Shown: positions 51,231 to 64,000 of the stretch, in pieces | How the letters are laid out: each line of letters opens with the position of its first letter | Position numbering within the stretch: the stretch's first letter is position 1 | Assembly (NCBI RefSeq): GCF_000711695.1 | Contig: NW_013547016.1 | Coordinates: 248,001 to 312,000, forward strand | From: Tilletiaria anomala UBC 951 | Taxonomy: Eukaryota | Direction: 5' to 3' | Length of the DNA stretch: 64,000 nucleotides | Program-made: the position numbers and the translations under genes | The notes under the pieces: generated by a model | Told to the model about the DNA's origin: nothing | Seen by the model: only the letters and a program-made list of their open reading frames with translations | Database searches by the model: none

Positions 51231-52083
51231 GATGGCACACACCCTACATGCGTGTATCGTGCGTTGCAACGACGGCCTTCGAGAGAAGCGTAGGGCTGGC
51301 GATTTGTGAACAGCGGTCTGTGAGATTTGCTCGAATGAATTTCATCGCATGCCAATGTCCGAGGTCAACTATGCACTTTGCGAGGCGAGAGCAGGCGACC
51401 GAGCCATGCCGCGGCTTCACGCGTTTATGCTCTCATGGCGTTCTGCAGTCACACGCACTGACAGCTGAAACTTTACAAATGATGCCTGCAATGCGGGTCC
51501 TCCAAGCTGAAGGTGCGATAGACAAGAATTGAGAAGGCAAGGCCAATGTGCTACCCTATCTGGACTGTGAGCGTGGGAGCTCTCCTCATCACTTCTCATC
51601 GGCAACCTTGGGGCCCTTGGTTGTTGATCCTCATACCCACACAAAGTTGGTGCTTCATACCTCGCCAGGGGCTTCAACCGCGTTCCGCTCCATCTAAGTA
51701 CGAAGCAACACCGTTGCCAAAGTTGCTTCACTTTGTCTTCGTCATTGTCCTAAAATAAGAATATACCACTGCAAACGTATATGGCGCAAGGTTTAGCGCC
51801 ACACGGGCACGCACCTGCATTGTTTGCCAAAGCAGATGCAAGCGCAACTTCAAATCGCACATACAGTAGCGCACTTTCACGTCGTCACTGTAGATTACGG
51901 TGGCTCGTTTGGATGGGTGCCTTTCGTGCTTCGGCTTCGCATGCCTCTTTTTAATCAGACTCCCAACCGCAACGACGAAGCGGCGGACCTCCACTTTGTA
52001 TTTCTTCTCCAGCACGGCTGTTTTCGCCTCGACGTCTTCAAATATCAACTGACCCTTCTTTGGCACGCAAATACATCTTTCCG

Positions 52084-54517
52084 TCACCCCTTGCTCCGCT
52101 GCGAGCCACTGCCGCCCGAAGCTCCTGTGCGCGTGCTGCGGCCCGTGTTAGCGAGCGCACGCAACAGGTCAGCGGGATCCAAGCTGTCGCTGGTATCAGC
52201 AGAAGATATCGCCGCATCGCCAGGTGCTGCCCCCGCTGTGCCGGCTTGTGTTTCCGCTCGTGCCGAAGGGATGGCGTTGCGATGTGCATTGACACCGCGC
52301 ATCAAGTTCGCCATGTCCTGCTGCGCCTTGCGCTTCTCGCCACTTGCATCGCTGCTGGACGCTGCCAAAGCGGCAGCCGCGCTCGAGCTATCTTTGAGCG
52401 CCTGTGTCGCGCGCGAAGAGACGGCTCGCAGGTATCGTTCGACGAGTTGCGAGAGCTGGGTGTACGAGTGTGTGTTCTGTCGGAATGAGTCGATCTGCGG
52501 TTGATTCGAATTTGCATAAGAGGAATGGTCAGCCACGAGCGACGTGCGCAAAAATATATGCTCCCGCTCCACTCACGTTGAATTCCACATCGCTCCATCG
52601 CGCATCGAATTCCGACCCGGCAAGCTCGGCAACTCCAACAGGAAGTTTCGCTGCTTTTTTCTTTCCTTTTTCTTTTGTCGACTGCATCCCAGCCGCCGCT
52701 TTTTTTCGCGCATCTGGCATGGTGCCGGTGGCCAGCGCTGCGGCCCATTCAATAGCATCCTGCGCTTCCTCCCTCAATCTGCTTTCCTCTTCGTCCGCAG
52801 AGGATGCGCCTTCTGCTTCCTCGTCTTCATCAGCATGTAGCGCCAACGTTGAAGGCCCAGGTCTCTCGCACTTCTCCAGCTCTTCAATTTCCTCCCATCG
52901 CCCTTCACGCAGCAATTTTTCCAGGTGCTGCGTGATGCTTTCGTATTCCTCCAGATCCTGCTTCTCTGACTCCCACGCGAGCGCCTCGGCCTGCATCGCT
53001 TCGCCTATCGCCTTGAGACGCGCTTCCGCGGCGCGATTCGGCGCGTTGCGAGGATGTGGTTTGAAGCTGGTGGTGAGCTGTACCAGCGAGAGTTATTGAG
53101 AAAACAGGTACACGGGGTGCAGGATGGGTACGCGTCAGAACAGCAAAACAGACAACCAAACAGATCATATTTAAACGCTGAGCAAGAAGGCCTACCTCGT
53201 TTCCCTTCTCTGGGCGCCCCAACCAGCTGACGCTGACTTCCTGCTCATCGATATCCCGAATGACCTGTTCCATAATGCGGCGAAGCAGCGGCTCCATCTC
53301 TTTCCGTTTTCTCAGCGTCTCCTCATCCACCACTTTTGCCGCCAACGCTTTTCGCTTCTTAGCGCCCGAGGCAGCAGGGGCATTCGAGAAGACGCTGTCG
53401 ATCGCGCGGTGGAGCACCCACGCGAGAATATACTTCATTCGTCCGACGGGGTCAAGTCCGCTCGAGCAGTGGCGGTAGAGCATGTCGTCTGGCACGTTCT
53501 CGTGAGGGTGCGCGATGCTTCCGTTGCGCAGCGAACTGGCGCGCCGACGTCCTTTGAGACCGAGCGAGTCGCGTCTACCGCCGCTGCTGCCGCGTCCGCG
53601 GGAGCTGCTTGCGAATAATGGTGGCGCAATATTTGATGATGATGAGGAGGATGGTTGCCCAAGGCCATCGAGGCCTGCTCGTCGCGCGCGGTTGCGATTC
53701 GCAATAGGTGTCTCACCAAAGACATCGGAAGGGAGCTCTTCAATCCTGCGTGATGAAGTGTAAGGAATCGCTCCGCGCACCTTGGCTGTACGGCTGTTCG
53801 GGCTGCTGGCAATGGCTGCTGTGTGGCTCCGCTCTTCTCTAACAAAGTGAAGGCCATCGGCGACTTCCGCTGAGTGTAGAGAGGTAATAATTGACAGGCA
53901 ACTGTTAGCCAGCATAAATTTGGAAGAGGAAAGGCACGACTGCGCTCACATCGACGTGAAGATGTAGACCTGGCTGAATGTCTCTCATCGATCCTGTCGT
54001 CCGCATCAAACCCTCGTTTTCGTTTGGCAGCCGCGCCGCCTCTGCCACTTGACGACGCGCCTACCGTCCGTGCTGTTGTCGCCGTGCTCGCTGTACCCTT
54101 TCCCTTATTTGCCACTGCAGCAGCCTTGGAGCGCCCATTCGATGCGAAGGGCAACTGCTCTTCATCCTCAAAGAAAGGACGCGAGCCATCCCCGTCGTCA
54201 TCGCCTCTAAGCAAGTCCTCTAACCGCGGAGCCGCCGCAAGCGCCGCGTTCTTCGCCGCGCTCGCTTTACCCGTCCCGCGATACCGATGCGTAGGGATGA
54301 CATCTGCCGAGCTGCTGCTGCTGCTCGCATTGTTAGATCGTCGCGACGCGGCGGAAGCGGAGGATGCGGCGATATTCGCGCCGCTGCTCCTTCGCGCACA
54401 GCTTGACGTCGCGTGCGCTCGAGATGAGCCCAACGACGTTGCTGCTGTTGGCGCTGTTGGTGGGCTGCCCAGCACGGCGCTGAGGCGCGTAGACTTTCTT
54501 CTTCTCTCGTCGGCCAT
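52084..54517 (-). CDS. DSN1: Kinetochore Mis12-complex subunit Dsn1/Mis13
   Basis: Disordered N terminus, DGLHFVR, GETPIANRNRARR, RRDSLGLKGRRRASSL (Aurora-B type motif), PHENVPDDMLYRH..RMKYILAW, VSWL and a coiled coil. Three introns. Confidence 0.8.
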
Positions 54518-54541
54518 CGTTGTATTAGAGCCTGGAGCCTG

Positions 54542-54621
54542 ACGCGTGGACCCTTAGAGGCTGCCGATTGAACAAGAAAGCGAGCGAGATAAAGACGCGT
54601 CGACCGGGTTGCAATCGCGCG
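54542..54621. promoter_or_regulatory. MCB-like boxes upstream of DSN1
   Basis: ACGCGT at 54542-54547 and 54595-54600, and TCGCGCGT at ~54615, all within ~105 bp of the ATG. Confidence 0.5.
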
Positions 54622-55073
54622 TTTTTTCGCCCCTTTTTCTCGCTCCTTTGGTGCTGGCGAGCCCGTTAAAGAGTAGACCAAGCAGAACGCAGCTCGCCGT
54701 GCCTTGCTTGCGGCGTGTCTCTTTCCAGGATAGCTGTGGGTGCATATAGCAAATGGATGTCATGGCATGGGGTGATATGTGGAATGCGACGCGCCCTCTT
54801 CTGTTGTGGGACGCGCTGGAGTAGATCGATCATCAACATGTTTTACAGGAGACGCATCCTCAGCTAACATCTCCTCGAATGGTCATTTGGATCTCCCACA
54901 TCAGCCAAGTGGCTGGAATGGTATGTATGCATGCAGGCCAGCGAGCAAACAGCCGTGTGCTCAATGGGGTGGAAAGCGTGGAAATAAGTACATGCACCGC
55001 CAAGGAGCCTGGCTCGTCGTGCGAGGTGGCACGCCTCGCAGAGGACCCCACGCAAGACCAAGACCAGGTCCCA

Positions 55074-58000
55074 TCAGGCATCAGCAGCACGTGCCTGCTC
55101 GGCGCGTCGATAGGCCTCGCGTACCGACTTCCGCGACCGTTTGTCCGCAGGGTGCTTTAACTTCTCATCCTGTGCCAAGTCTTCGAACGCGAACCGAATC
55201 CGGTCGAGCGTGACCCATGCCCTGAAGCGTCGCCGATACATGCGTCGTGTCTCTCAGTAAATTCGTCACTGATGCTGGCGAATCCACGTAAAGAACTACT
55301 CACCAGCTTTGTTTGGCATCAAAGAACCGGACGAGCGTCACCGTACCACTCGGCTTGTGCTCCAAAACTCGCTCCGGGACCTGATCACTGTCCTCTGCAA
55401 AGACCTCGCTCGGGAAATACGGCCATTCTGATCGTTCATGAACCATGTTCATCAGTGATACTCGCTGTAAGAAGCATTTCGCGCGACTCACTCTCAAATC
55501 GAGCCCACACGAGCCTCCCCGGCGGAAGCTCGTCGGGATCACGCGGTGAACCCAACGCATCATCTTGTGCATGACCGCGCCCTTGCCCATGGCCCATCTT
55601 GTGCTGCACCGCTCGTAACACGACCGCAGGGTCGTGCGTTTTCCCTGTTCTTTGGAGCTCCTTCTTCTCCTGCGCCTTGCGCATCGCACCGAGCCGCTCC
55701 GTGCGCGCCTTGCCTTGCTCGCGGATCGTCCGCCTTCGCTCCGCAGAAGTCTGTCCCACCACTTGGGGTTGCTTGCTGTTGTCCGCGATGAGCGTAATGT
55801 CTTCTTCAGTCTCACTGCACTGGTCGTCCCCTATGTCTTCCTCAGCAGCCACACCATATTGAAGGCCAGCATCGTCACTCAGCGGCGAGCTGAGCGGCGA
55901 CGTGGATCCGCTGGACTCTACACGAGCGTCTCGCGCTTTCCCTTTCTTCGCGTCCGCTGCCGCTTTAGAACGCGAGGGCGAAGGCGAGCGCGATCGAGAC
56001 GTGACGGGCCAACGCCGCATTTCGGGAGACAGAGTTTTGCTGGACCGCTCCTTGTCCGTAGACTCGTGCTTGCGAATGAACTGGCCGTGCTTGCCACGCT
56101 TCTGCGTGCGAGCCTGATGCATTCCATCTCCAGCGGACACATGCGAGACGGTAAGGTGCGCACGTGCGCGCTCGCTCCTGCATCTCCCCGCTGGCGGCTC
56201 GTCGTCGCTTTCTTCACCCTCCTCACCCTCTGCGAGTTCCTCATCTTCCAGGTCGGACAGCTCACTCGACTCTAGCATGCCTACATCCTCGTCTTCCGGC
56301 TGATGCGCAAGGGCCGACCTTGCTCTTGCCTTCGTCTCCTCTGCATCAAGAGCGGCAAATTCGGACTTAGTCGACTCGGCACGCTGCTCTCGATCCGCGT
56401 TCTTGGTCCTTGCCTTGTTTGCTCGCGGTTTTGGCGCCATTTGTGGCGGGGGCGCAGCGATGCGTCCGCCGCGCTTGGTGCCTTCCGGCAGGACCCAGCC
56501 GACATTGAAGCGCTTGAACGAGTCCCACTCGCCGACATTATCCACTTCTAGCGTCGTCGGCGCGACTGTCTGCGACTCCTCACGTCGCTTGACGCGCGAG
56601 TCGCTTTCGTCCGAGGCCGAGGCAGGCTTTTGTCGCTTCGACAGTTGCTCTGGCTCCGCGGAGACTAACGCGCCTACAGGAGCAGCAGGAGCGGCAGTGG
56701 CAGCGGTCCTTCGCGGCCGCTTCGCCGGAATGACAGAGGACTCTGCTGCTACCAGAATAGCATCTGCGCTGCGCCTCCTCCTCGACGCACGCTCCGGCGG
56801 CAATGCGGCTTCGGTCTGCTCCTCTGCAGGTGACGGCAGATCAGCAGCGTTGCGGGCCTCGAGCTTCGCAGCGGCCCTCTCCTTGCGCAACGCTGCGGCT
56901 CGTTTGGCCGTCTCGGAGCGCTGGGCGCTACGCTGCGCCTTGAGCTCCGCGCGCGTCAGCTTCGGCTTCGCCGGGGCCGTCGGTGAGTGCTCAGCACGGT
57001 GGTACAGCCGCAGGAGGTCCTCGACGATGTTGCGCGGCGCAATCTCCGGGCGCGCGCCATCGGCGATGGTCTCGAGCATTTCTTGGTCACCATAGTTGTT
57101 TAGTAGCTCGATGATCGGCTGTTCGGGTTCGAGCTCCAGCGCGGGCAGGTGCGCAAGCAGCTCTTCTTTCGTCTCACCACTAATAGCCACGGCTTCATGA
57201 TCGATACCGTAGTCTCGGAGGTGGTGCACGCCCAGCTTAGCCCTCAGCTCAGTAAGGATGGGCTGTGCGCCTGCGCGGACCTTCAGCGCGGCCTTGTGGT
57301 ATGACGTGTCGGCCTTGTTGTACAGAATGCTATTGTCGGCGACGAGCCGGACGTCGCGCTCGAACTGGTCGATGGTGGTATACTCGAAATTGTCGCACTT
57401 GGCGCAGATCGTTTGCCAGTCCATGGGCTCCTTGACAATGTCGTAGTAGTCGGTGATGACGGTCTTGTTGACGGGGTTGAGGAAGTGGTTCCGGTGGTCC
57501 AGTCTAGAGCAATAGCAACGTCAGTCTCTTTTCCTCCCCTGGCACAGCTCAACCGACGTCATGTGCGACTCACACAGCGATCTTCTCCAACGCCATCCTG
57601 AGTTCCGCATGGTATGGCTTGAGCACGGCACCAACGAGTGTGGCGCGGAAGAGCTTGACCTGCCTCTGCTTCTCACGCTCGCGCTTGCGGATGAGCTCGG
57701 TGAGCGCGCGCAGGTTCTCGAGGTCCTGACGCAAGCGGGAAAGAAAGATAAACTTCTTCTCGCGCTCCTCGTCACTGGCGGCGGCGCCAGTGCCGGCACC
57801 GGTGCCATACGGCTTGCTTCCGCTCGCGGTCCACGGCTCGAGGTGCAGACGCTTGAGCAGCGGCGCGCCGCGGCGCGCCTCGCGCTTTAAACTCCAGAAC
57901 TTGGCAAGCTGCAACAACAATGCGCTCTTCTTGCGCAGCAGGATGTTGCGCACGTAGTCGCTCACGCGGTTGATGATATACACCGGCACGAGCGGCAGGC

Positions 58001-59541
58001 CAACGCGATAGCTCTTCTTGTACGCGCGCGCGCTCTTGCTTATCTTTTTCTTCTTCGAAACGGAAAACGTCAGTTTTCCCGTCTTGTTGCGCTTGACAGT
58101 GATGCTCTTGCGGTGGCCGCCGTCGGCATGTCGCACTCCTTGCGCAGCAGACGAGTCAGGGTTGATGAGGGGCGTTGAGCCGCGTGACAAGTCCCGGTCG
58201 CTGCCCGCTACACTCCCACGCCCGCTTGCTCCTGCACCTGCGGTCTGGGCGAGGACGCCATGCGCGGGGGCGCCGCCGCCGAGGACCTGTGCATCGCGGC
58301 TGATGTGCCTGTGGCAGCACGCGTGCAACGCTTCAACATACTCCTCGCCGAAGCTGTCGTCAGCGGCGGTGGCGCTGCTGCCGCTGTCATCGCCGTGCAC
58401 AGCGCCACCGCCGCCACCTTCGACGCGGCGGCGCGTGGCCTTGATGAGCAGGCCGGCCTGGCGCGCGCACGTCACGTGGAACGCGGTGAAGCAGCTGCGG
58501 TTTTCGCACTGGATGCAAGCGCCCATCTTGCGCTTGCACAGGTAGCACTGCAGCTTCCAGCGTGCCTTGGGCACACGCTCGACGCTGTCGATTGGCTCCA
58601 TGTACACCGGGTTGCTGACGCCAGTCTCTGGGATCCACATGGCGCAGAGCAGGTGGGCCCATTTGCCTTGCGACGTCTGCTTGAACGCGCCGCCCTCGTG
58701 GGGACAAAAGATGCATGAGACCGCGCGGTCCGGCGAGACGGTGCACTTGCGACAAAGCCACTGGCCCTCTGGGATGTATGGGATGCCGTAACAATCTGCA
58801 GAGAGCAAGCGTGCAAGTGTCAGCAAGAAGTCCGCATCGCCATGAGTAGGTCAAGTGATGAACGAGACACTCACCTTGATGCACAGCGAGGTTGCACCCG
58901 TCGCAAAAGACAATGGCGTTCGAGTTTTCGCATTCGCCGTCATCGCAGATGGCACACTTTGTGTCTTCTCCATCATCGGCTCCATTTACGTCCGTCGGGC
59001 ATGGTTTGGCGGGGACTTGGCGCATCTGTCGACATTCACGAGCAGTTCAGCATCGATCGGGCTACATACCGTCAGGAGCTATTTGGAGTGTCTACACACC
59101 AAGTCGAACCACTCCTTTTCGAAGCGGTCGATGATAATCTCGAATGTCTCGTAGGACACCCTGTCGTCACCATTCCTTGCGCGCTCTGCGTTGAGCGCGT
59201 CGAGCCATGCTTGGTCTGGGTGGACAGAGACAAAGATGAGCCATGTTCTTTCGAAGAAGGATTCCAACGCACCGAACACACACACACTCACCCTGCTCGT
59301 CCATGTCGTACTCGACCTGCTTCTTGAGCTCGCTCTCGACGGGCTCGACATGGCGAATATATGTGTCAGGGCGGGTGTATTCGCGGCCATCGTTGAAGCC
59401 AAAGTCGATGATCTGCTGCTGGTGGACGCCAGCGGGCTGTGCGAGCTGCTGTGCCTCGTGCGGCGGTATACGCCGGAAAGAGACCCGGGGCAGCGACGAA
59501 GCGAGGGGCAAGTGCGATGGCCCGTTGCTGTGGGACCTCAT
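55074..59541 (-). CDS. NTO1: NuA3 scaffold Nto1 / BRPF1-like (EPL1-PZP-bromodomain-PWWP)
   Basis: [50 protein letters not shown]; zinc knuckle/PHD2; YWSLKR-like [18 protein letters not shown]; bromodomain [36 protein letters not shown]. Confidence 0.93.
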
Positions 59542-60378
59542 GGCTGCAACGCAAGCGGACGATGGGGTCGTGACGCGTGCAGCTGAGCCCTCCACACCCC
59601 AGCGTTGTGCGTTGGTCGAGCGCCGGCAGTCGGAGAAACAGGGGGCAGGCGTAGAGCAGAGTGCAAGGTGGAGGTTGTATAAAGCGGACCCTGCAGCGTG
59701 ACTGATGCAGCGTCGTCCTCCCCTCGCCCGCCTTTGATGTTCTCTCCAAAGAGCGGAGGTAGACTTGGAGCCCGCAGCGGTGTAGTGCAGTGTGCGATGA
59801 CGATGGCTTTTGGACGCGTCAATTCTCATTCCAATCACGAGACGCTCCCTCCCCTCTTCCCACGCGTCCCTCGATCAGCTCATCGCCAACGCCGATGCGG
59901 GGTGGGAGATGGAACAAGACGATGCTTCTACACGCTCCATATGTTTTCTAGGGAAGCCCAGGAGCCTGCAGCATGCACTTAGACGACGAGGAATCGGGGT
60001 TGGCACAGGTGCAATAGTATAAAACCCTCCCCTATGTAACAACTGCCCCATCCCAAAAAACCACGAGCAGCCGTTGTCGGCCGAACGAGATGGTCTAGTT
60101 GCAGGCGAGCTGTATAAGTAGGGTTGGGCACAAAACGTTCACGCCAAGCGACACACTGGCCCAGTGCCCAAACTGTTTCCCGCTAGCTCCTCGATGAATC
60201 CCCCCATCCATATGATGAAGAGCATACATCTCCAGCAACACCTCACACCTCCCTGCTTCCTATGGGAGAGGACCATCTTCTGCAGAGGCAGGCAGGCAGG
60301 CAATGCAGCGACGTTAGAAGGAAAAGGTGCTCTCCTCCCCCACCCCTTTTCTAGAGAAACCGACGAACCCCCCGAACT
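59542..60378. promoter_or_regulatory. Divergent NTO1/YTA7 intergenic promoter with three MCB-like boxes
   Basis: ACGCGT at 59573-59578, 59814-59819 and 59862-59867; TATAAA at ~59678 and ~60018. Confidence 0.5.
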
Positions 60379-63300
60379 ATGCCAGCTACCCGTCGAGCGC
60401 GTCGCAGCACCAGCGCACGCGTCGACACCGATGACGACGACGGCGAAGGGGCCTGGCCAGGCGCCGCCGATGCTGATGGCGATGGCGATGGCGACGGTGA
60501 ATTCCACGACGAGGAGCAGCAGCACTTTGAAAATGCAGTAATCGCTTCCGGCAGTTTCCACGGCATGCGGCGCACGTCTCGCAACACATCCGTCTCCAAT
60601 TCGGTTGCAGCAGCGGCAACAGCAGCTTCTTCGCCCGAGCACGGCGCGCTGCAAAAACCCAAGATCAAAGTCAGCCTACGCAGAGCGACACGCAATGCAT
60701 CCGGTGGAGCTGGCGGCGAGGATGGTTACGCAGGCGCACCGCATACCGCCGCCTCTGAAGCAGCAGAGGCAGAGTACGAGAACGGATACAGTGTGCCGGC
60801 GGAGGGAGACGAAGAAGCTGCTGCAGCAGTAGCAGCAGCAGGCGGACAAGAACAAGATTCCTCGCAAGGAGTTACGAATGGGGCCACGACAAGGCGAAGC
60901 CTGCGGTCGAATGCGACCAAATCGGCCGTGCAGAAGGATCATGCTGACGGCACTTTCGAAGATGAAGACCTTGACGCGCCTGGAGAGCCGTTTGAGGAAG
61001 AGGTGAGCTGGCGGGGCGAAGACATGCCGATGGCTCAGTCTATGAGGTTCCCACTTCTCACTTCATGCACTTGTCCCTGCAGGACCTCGACGAGATCATC
61101 CCGCAGGCGCGCACGACGCGTAGCGGGCGGCACACCAAGCGGCCCAGCATCTTTGGCAACAACGTCACCTTCAGCGACGAGGACGATGACGATGAGGACG
61201 AAGACAGCGATGAGAAGCCACGAAAATCCGGGCGCACTTCACGCTCGCGTAGCAAAGGCGCCGGCGCTCGGAACCGCGGGCTTGGCGACTTTGTCGAGCA
61301 GGATGATGCGGACGACGTCGACGATGACGCCACGTACGGCTCGTCGCGGCGGCGTGCGCGGGGCAGCAATAACAACGGCAGTGCGCGAGGTAAGGCGGCT
61401 GAGCGCGTCGCGGCGCTCGCCAAGAAGCGTCGCGCGAACATAAAGGGTAAGAATGCTCGCTATGCTGCGCGCCGACGCGCCTCCTCCCTCGCCGACGACG
61501 ATGGCGACTTTGAGATGGACAACGACGAGGCTGAGGACACGCCAGAGGACGGCACGAGCCTGGACCTGCCTGAGGATGACGAGGACGAGGAGGAAGAGGA
61601 GGAGGAAGGAGGCACGCAACAGAGTCAGGGCATGCGCCTGCGCGCGCGCAAGGAGGTCAACTACGCGCTCCCCGCGCCGCCGCCTGTCCACGCCGGTTGC
61701 AGTCCGCGCGGAAAAAAGGGCGGCCCCCCCTCCGGGTCCTGGGGCGTAGCCAATGGGACTCTCGGAGGGGGCAACGGTGGTCGCAGCAGTCGTGGAGGCG
61801 GCAGTGTCATTGGCGCGGGGACCGGACTGGGCAGCGGCCGCGCGGCACCTGTGCGGCGGCACGGCTACGGCCGCGGGCGCAAGACGGGCTGGGACGCCCT
61901 TCCGGCGAGCATGTCTGGGAAGGACCTCGCCGCACTCTTTGGCGAGGCGGACGAGGACTCGGACGATAGCGATGTGCCCAAGCAGAAAGCTGGCGGCCGA
62001 GGCGGACTGACGGCAACTGGCATGCTCACGGGCGGCCTGCAGCCTGCGCCGACCAGCAAGTCGGGCCTCACCGGTGACCTGACGGGCACCGGCGCGACGG
62101 ATACGATGGGCAAGCTTAAGAGCGGTGGCGACCCGCTGGCGGACATCGACCCACTCGGGACGGACATGCAGATCGACTTCAACGCCGTCGGCGGGCTCGA
62201 TGCGCACATCGAGCAGCTGAAGGAGATGGTCACGCTGCCGCTCCTATACCCGGAGCTCTTTCAACGCTTCAAGATCACCCCCCCGCGCGGTGTCCTTTTC
62301 CACGGCCCGCCGGGGACCGGCAAGACGCTTGTCGCGCGCGCGCTCGCGGCCAGCTGCAGCTCCGAGGGCCAGCGCATCTCGTTCTTCATGCGCAAGGGCG
62401 CCGACGTCCTCTCCAAGTGGGTGGGCGAGGCAGAGCGCCAGCTGCGCCTGCTGTTTGAGGAGGCCAAAAACGCGCAGCCGTCCATCATTTTTTTTGACGA
62501 GATCGACGGCCTCGCGCCCGTGCGTAGCAGCAAGCAGGACCAGATCCACGCCTCAATCGTCTCCACGCTCCTCGCACTCATGGACGGCATGGATGGCCGC
62601 GGCCAAGTAGTCGTCATCGGCGCCACAAACCGACCGGATAGCGTCGACCCCGCGCTGCGCCGGCCCGGGCGCTTCGACCGCGAGTTCTACTTCCCCCTCC
62701 CGTCCAAGGATGCGCGCCGCAAGATCCTCGACATACACACTAGCAAGTGGGACCCGCCCCTCCATCCCGAGTTCAAGGACCGCCTCGCGGAGCTAACGAA
62801 GGGATATGGCGGCGCCGACATGCGCGCGCTCTGCACCGAGGCGGCGCTCAACGCCATCCAGCGGCGGTATCCGCAGATCTACCAGACCACAGATCGGCTG
62901 CTGCTTAAGCCCGAGAGCGTCACGGTCGAGGCCAAGGACTTTATGATGTCTATTAACAGTATGCAGCGCCTTTCTGCTCCTCTACACCCATCCTTCCGTG
63001 GCTGACTTCTTTGTGTATTCGTCTTTTGCAGAAATTGTACCCTCATCGGCTAGGTCGGCTTCTTCGGCAGCTGCGCCCTTGCCCAATCATCTAAAACCTC
63101 TCCTATCCCAAATTACGCAGCAAGCTTGTGCTGCGCTCGACAAGATCCTGCCAGAAACGTCAAAGAGAACTGCTCTCGAAGAAGCGTTATGGGAAGACGC
63201 TCCGGCAGCAAGAGAGCAAGCCAGTACTTCGACCGATGTAGAATCAGCAGCAACAGGGCCTGCAACTATATCCGACTACGGCTTTGGGCGAGAAATGCTG

Positions 63301-64000
63301 CTTCAGTCCTTTCAGAACATGCGCGTCTTTCGACCTCGCTTACTCGTTCATGGGCGGAATGGTATGGGTCAGCGAATAGTCGGCGCAGCCATGCTGCAGC
63401 ATCTCGAAGGCTACCATGTGCAGTCGATCGATGTTGCCACACTTATGGGCGACAGCACGCGCACGCCGGAAGCGTCAGCGATCCAACTCTTCACTGAAGC
63501 GAAACGACACAAGCCAAGCGTGCTGTTCATTCCTGGCTTGGCTCACTGGGCCAAGACCGTTTCCGAAAGTGTCCGCAGTACCGTCAAAGCTCTTTTAGAC
63601 GGACTGTCTCCATCGGATCCGGTGCTGCTGCTCGGCATCTCCGAGGCGCCGCTTTCGCAGCTCCCGCGGGATGTACGCTCATGGTTCGGCCTTCTGCGCG
63701 AGAACCGCATCGAGATCACTAGACCAAGCTGCAAACAGCGCGAAGAATTCTTCAGAGAGGTCATAGAGCATGTCTCGCGTCGCCCGACCGATTTCCCTGA
63801 TGCTGTGCCCCGCAGGAAAAAAGTGCTTGAAAAGCTTCCTATCGCGCCACCGCGTCCACCGCGAGAGCCGACAGCTGCGGAGCTGCAGCAGCAAGCGGAG
63901 AACGATGCACGGCTCCTCGAACATCTCAAGTATCGCCTTGGACCCGTCCTGAATGAACTGAGAAAGAAATATAAGGTGTTCACAAAGGATGTTTGGGTAA
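60379..64000 (+). CDS. YTA7: AAA+ bromodomain histone chaperone Yta7/Abo1/ATAD2 (3' end outside window)
   Basis: Acidic N terminus, DPLADIDPL, LKEMVTLPLLYPE, Walker A GPPGTGKT, FFMRKGADVLSKWVGEAERQL, IIFFDEIDG, and a degenerate second AAA domain (FRPRLLVHGRNGMGQ). Introns at ~61003-61082 and ~62959-63031. Confidence 0.96.

Noticed and set aside
51728..52087. 119-aa ORF abutting the DSN1 stop codon
   Set aside because: GTG start, no promoter space and no recognisable family; probably 3' UTR or intergenic.

Overview
Intron-rich, GC-rich fungal genomic DNA. GT-AG introns with GTGAGT donors and CTRAC branch sites, together with the gene content, suggest a basidiomycete, probably a smut relative (Ustilaginomycotina; inferred, not proven). 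About 16 protein-coding genes can be reconstructed by hand: PRM1 (5'-truncated), an uncharacterised membrane protein with a ~1200-aa disordered tail, RAD51, HAT2/RBBP4, a small membrane protein, FIP1, ferrochelatase HEM15, HIS7, a Zn2Cys6 transcription factor, an NFKBIL1-like protein, an ABCC transporter, a compact PI-phospholipase C, VPS18/PEP3, kinetochore DSN1/Mis13, NTO1/BRPF1 and YTA7/ATAD2 (3'-truncated). Three ORF-poor islands (~13.0-16.5, ~19.9-24.6 and ~31.5-36.2 kb) seem to hold decayed genes, some with signal-peptide-like starts. I recognised no tRNA, rRNA, CRISPR array or intact transposon, and I cannot support a clearly new biological system. The best leads are MCB-box clustering in the promoters of the genome-maintenance genes, the orphan membrane protein next to PRM1, an orphan AflR-like regulator beside a gene-free island, decayed secreted-protein genes, and a Tyr in the RAD51 Walker A loop.
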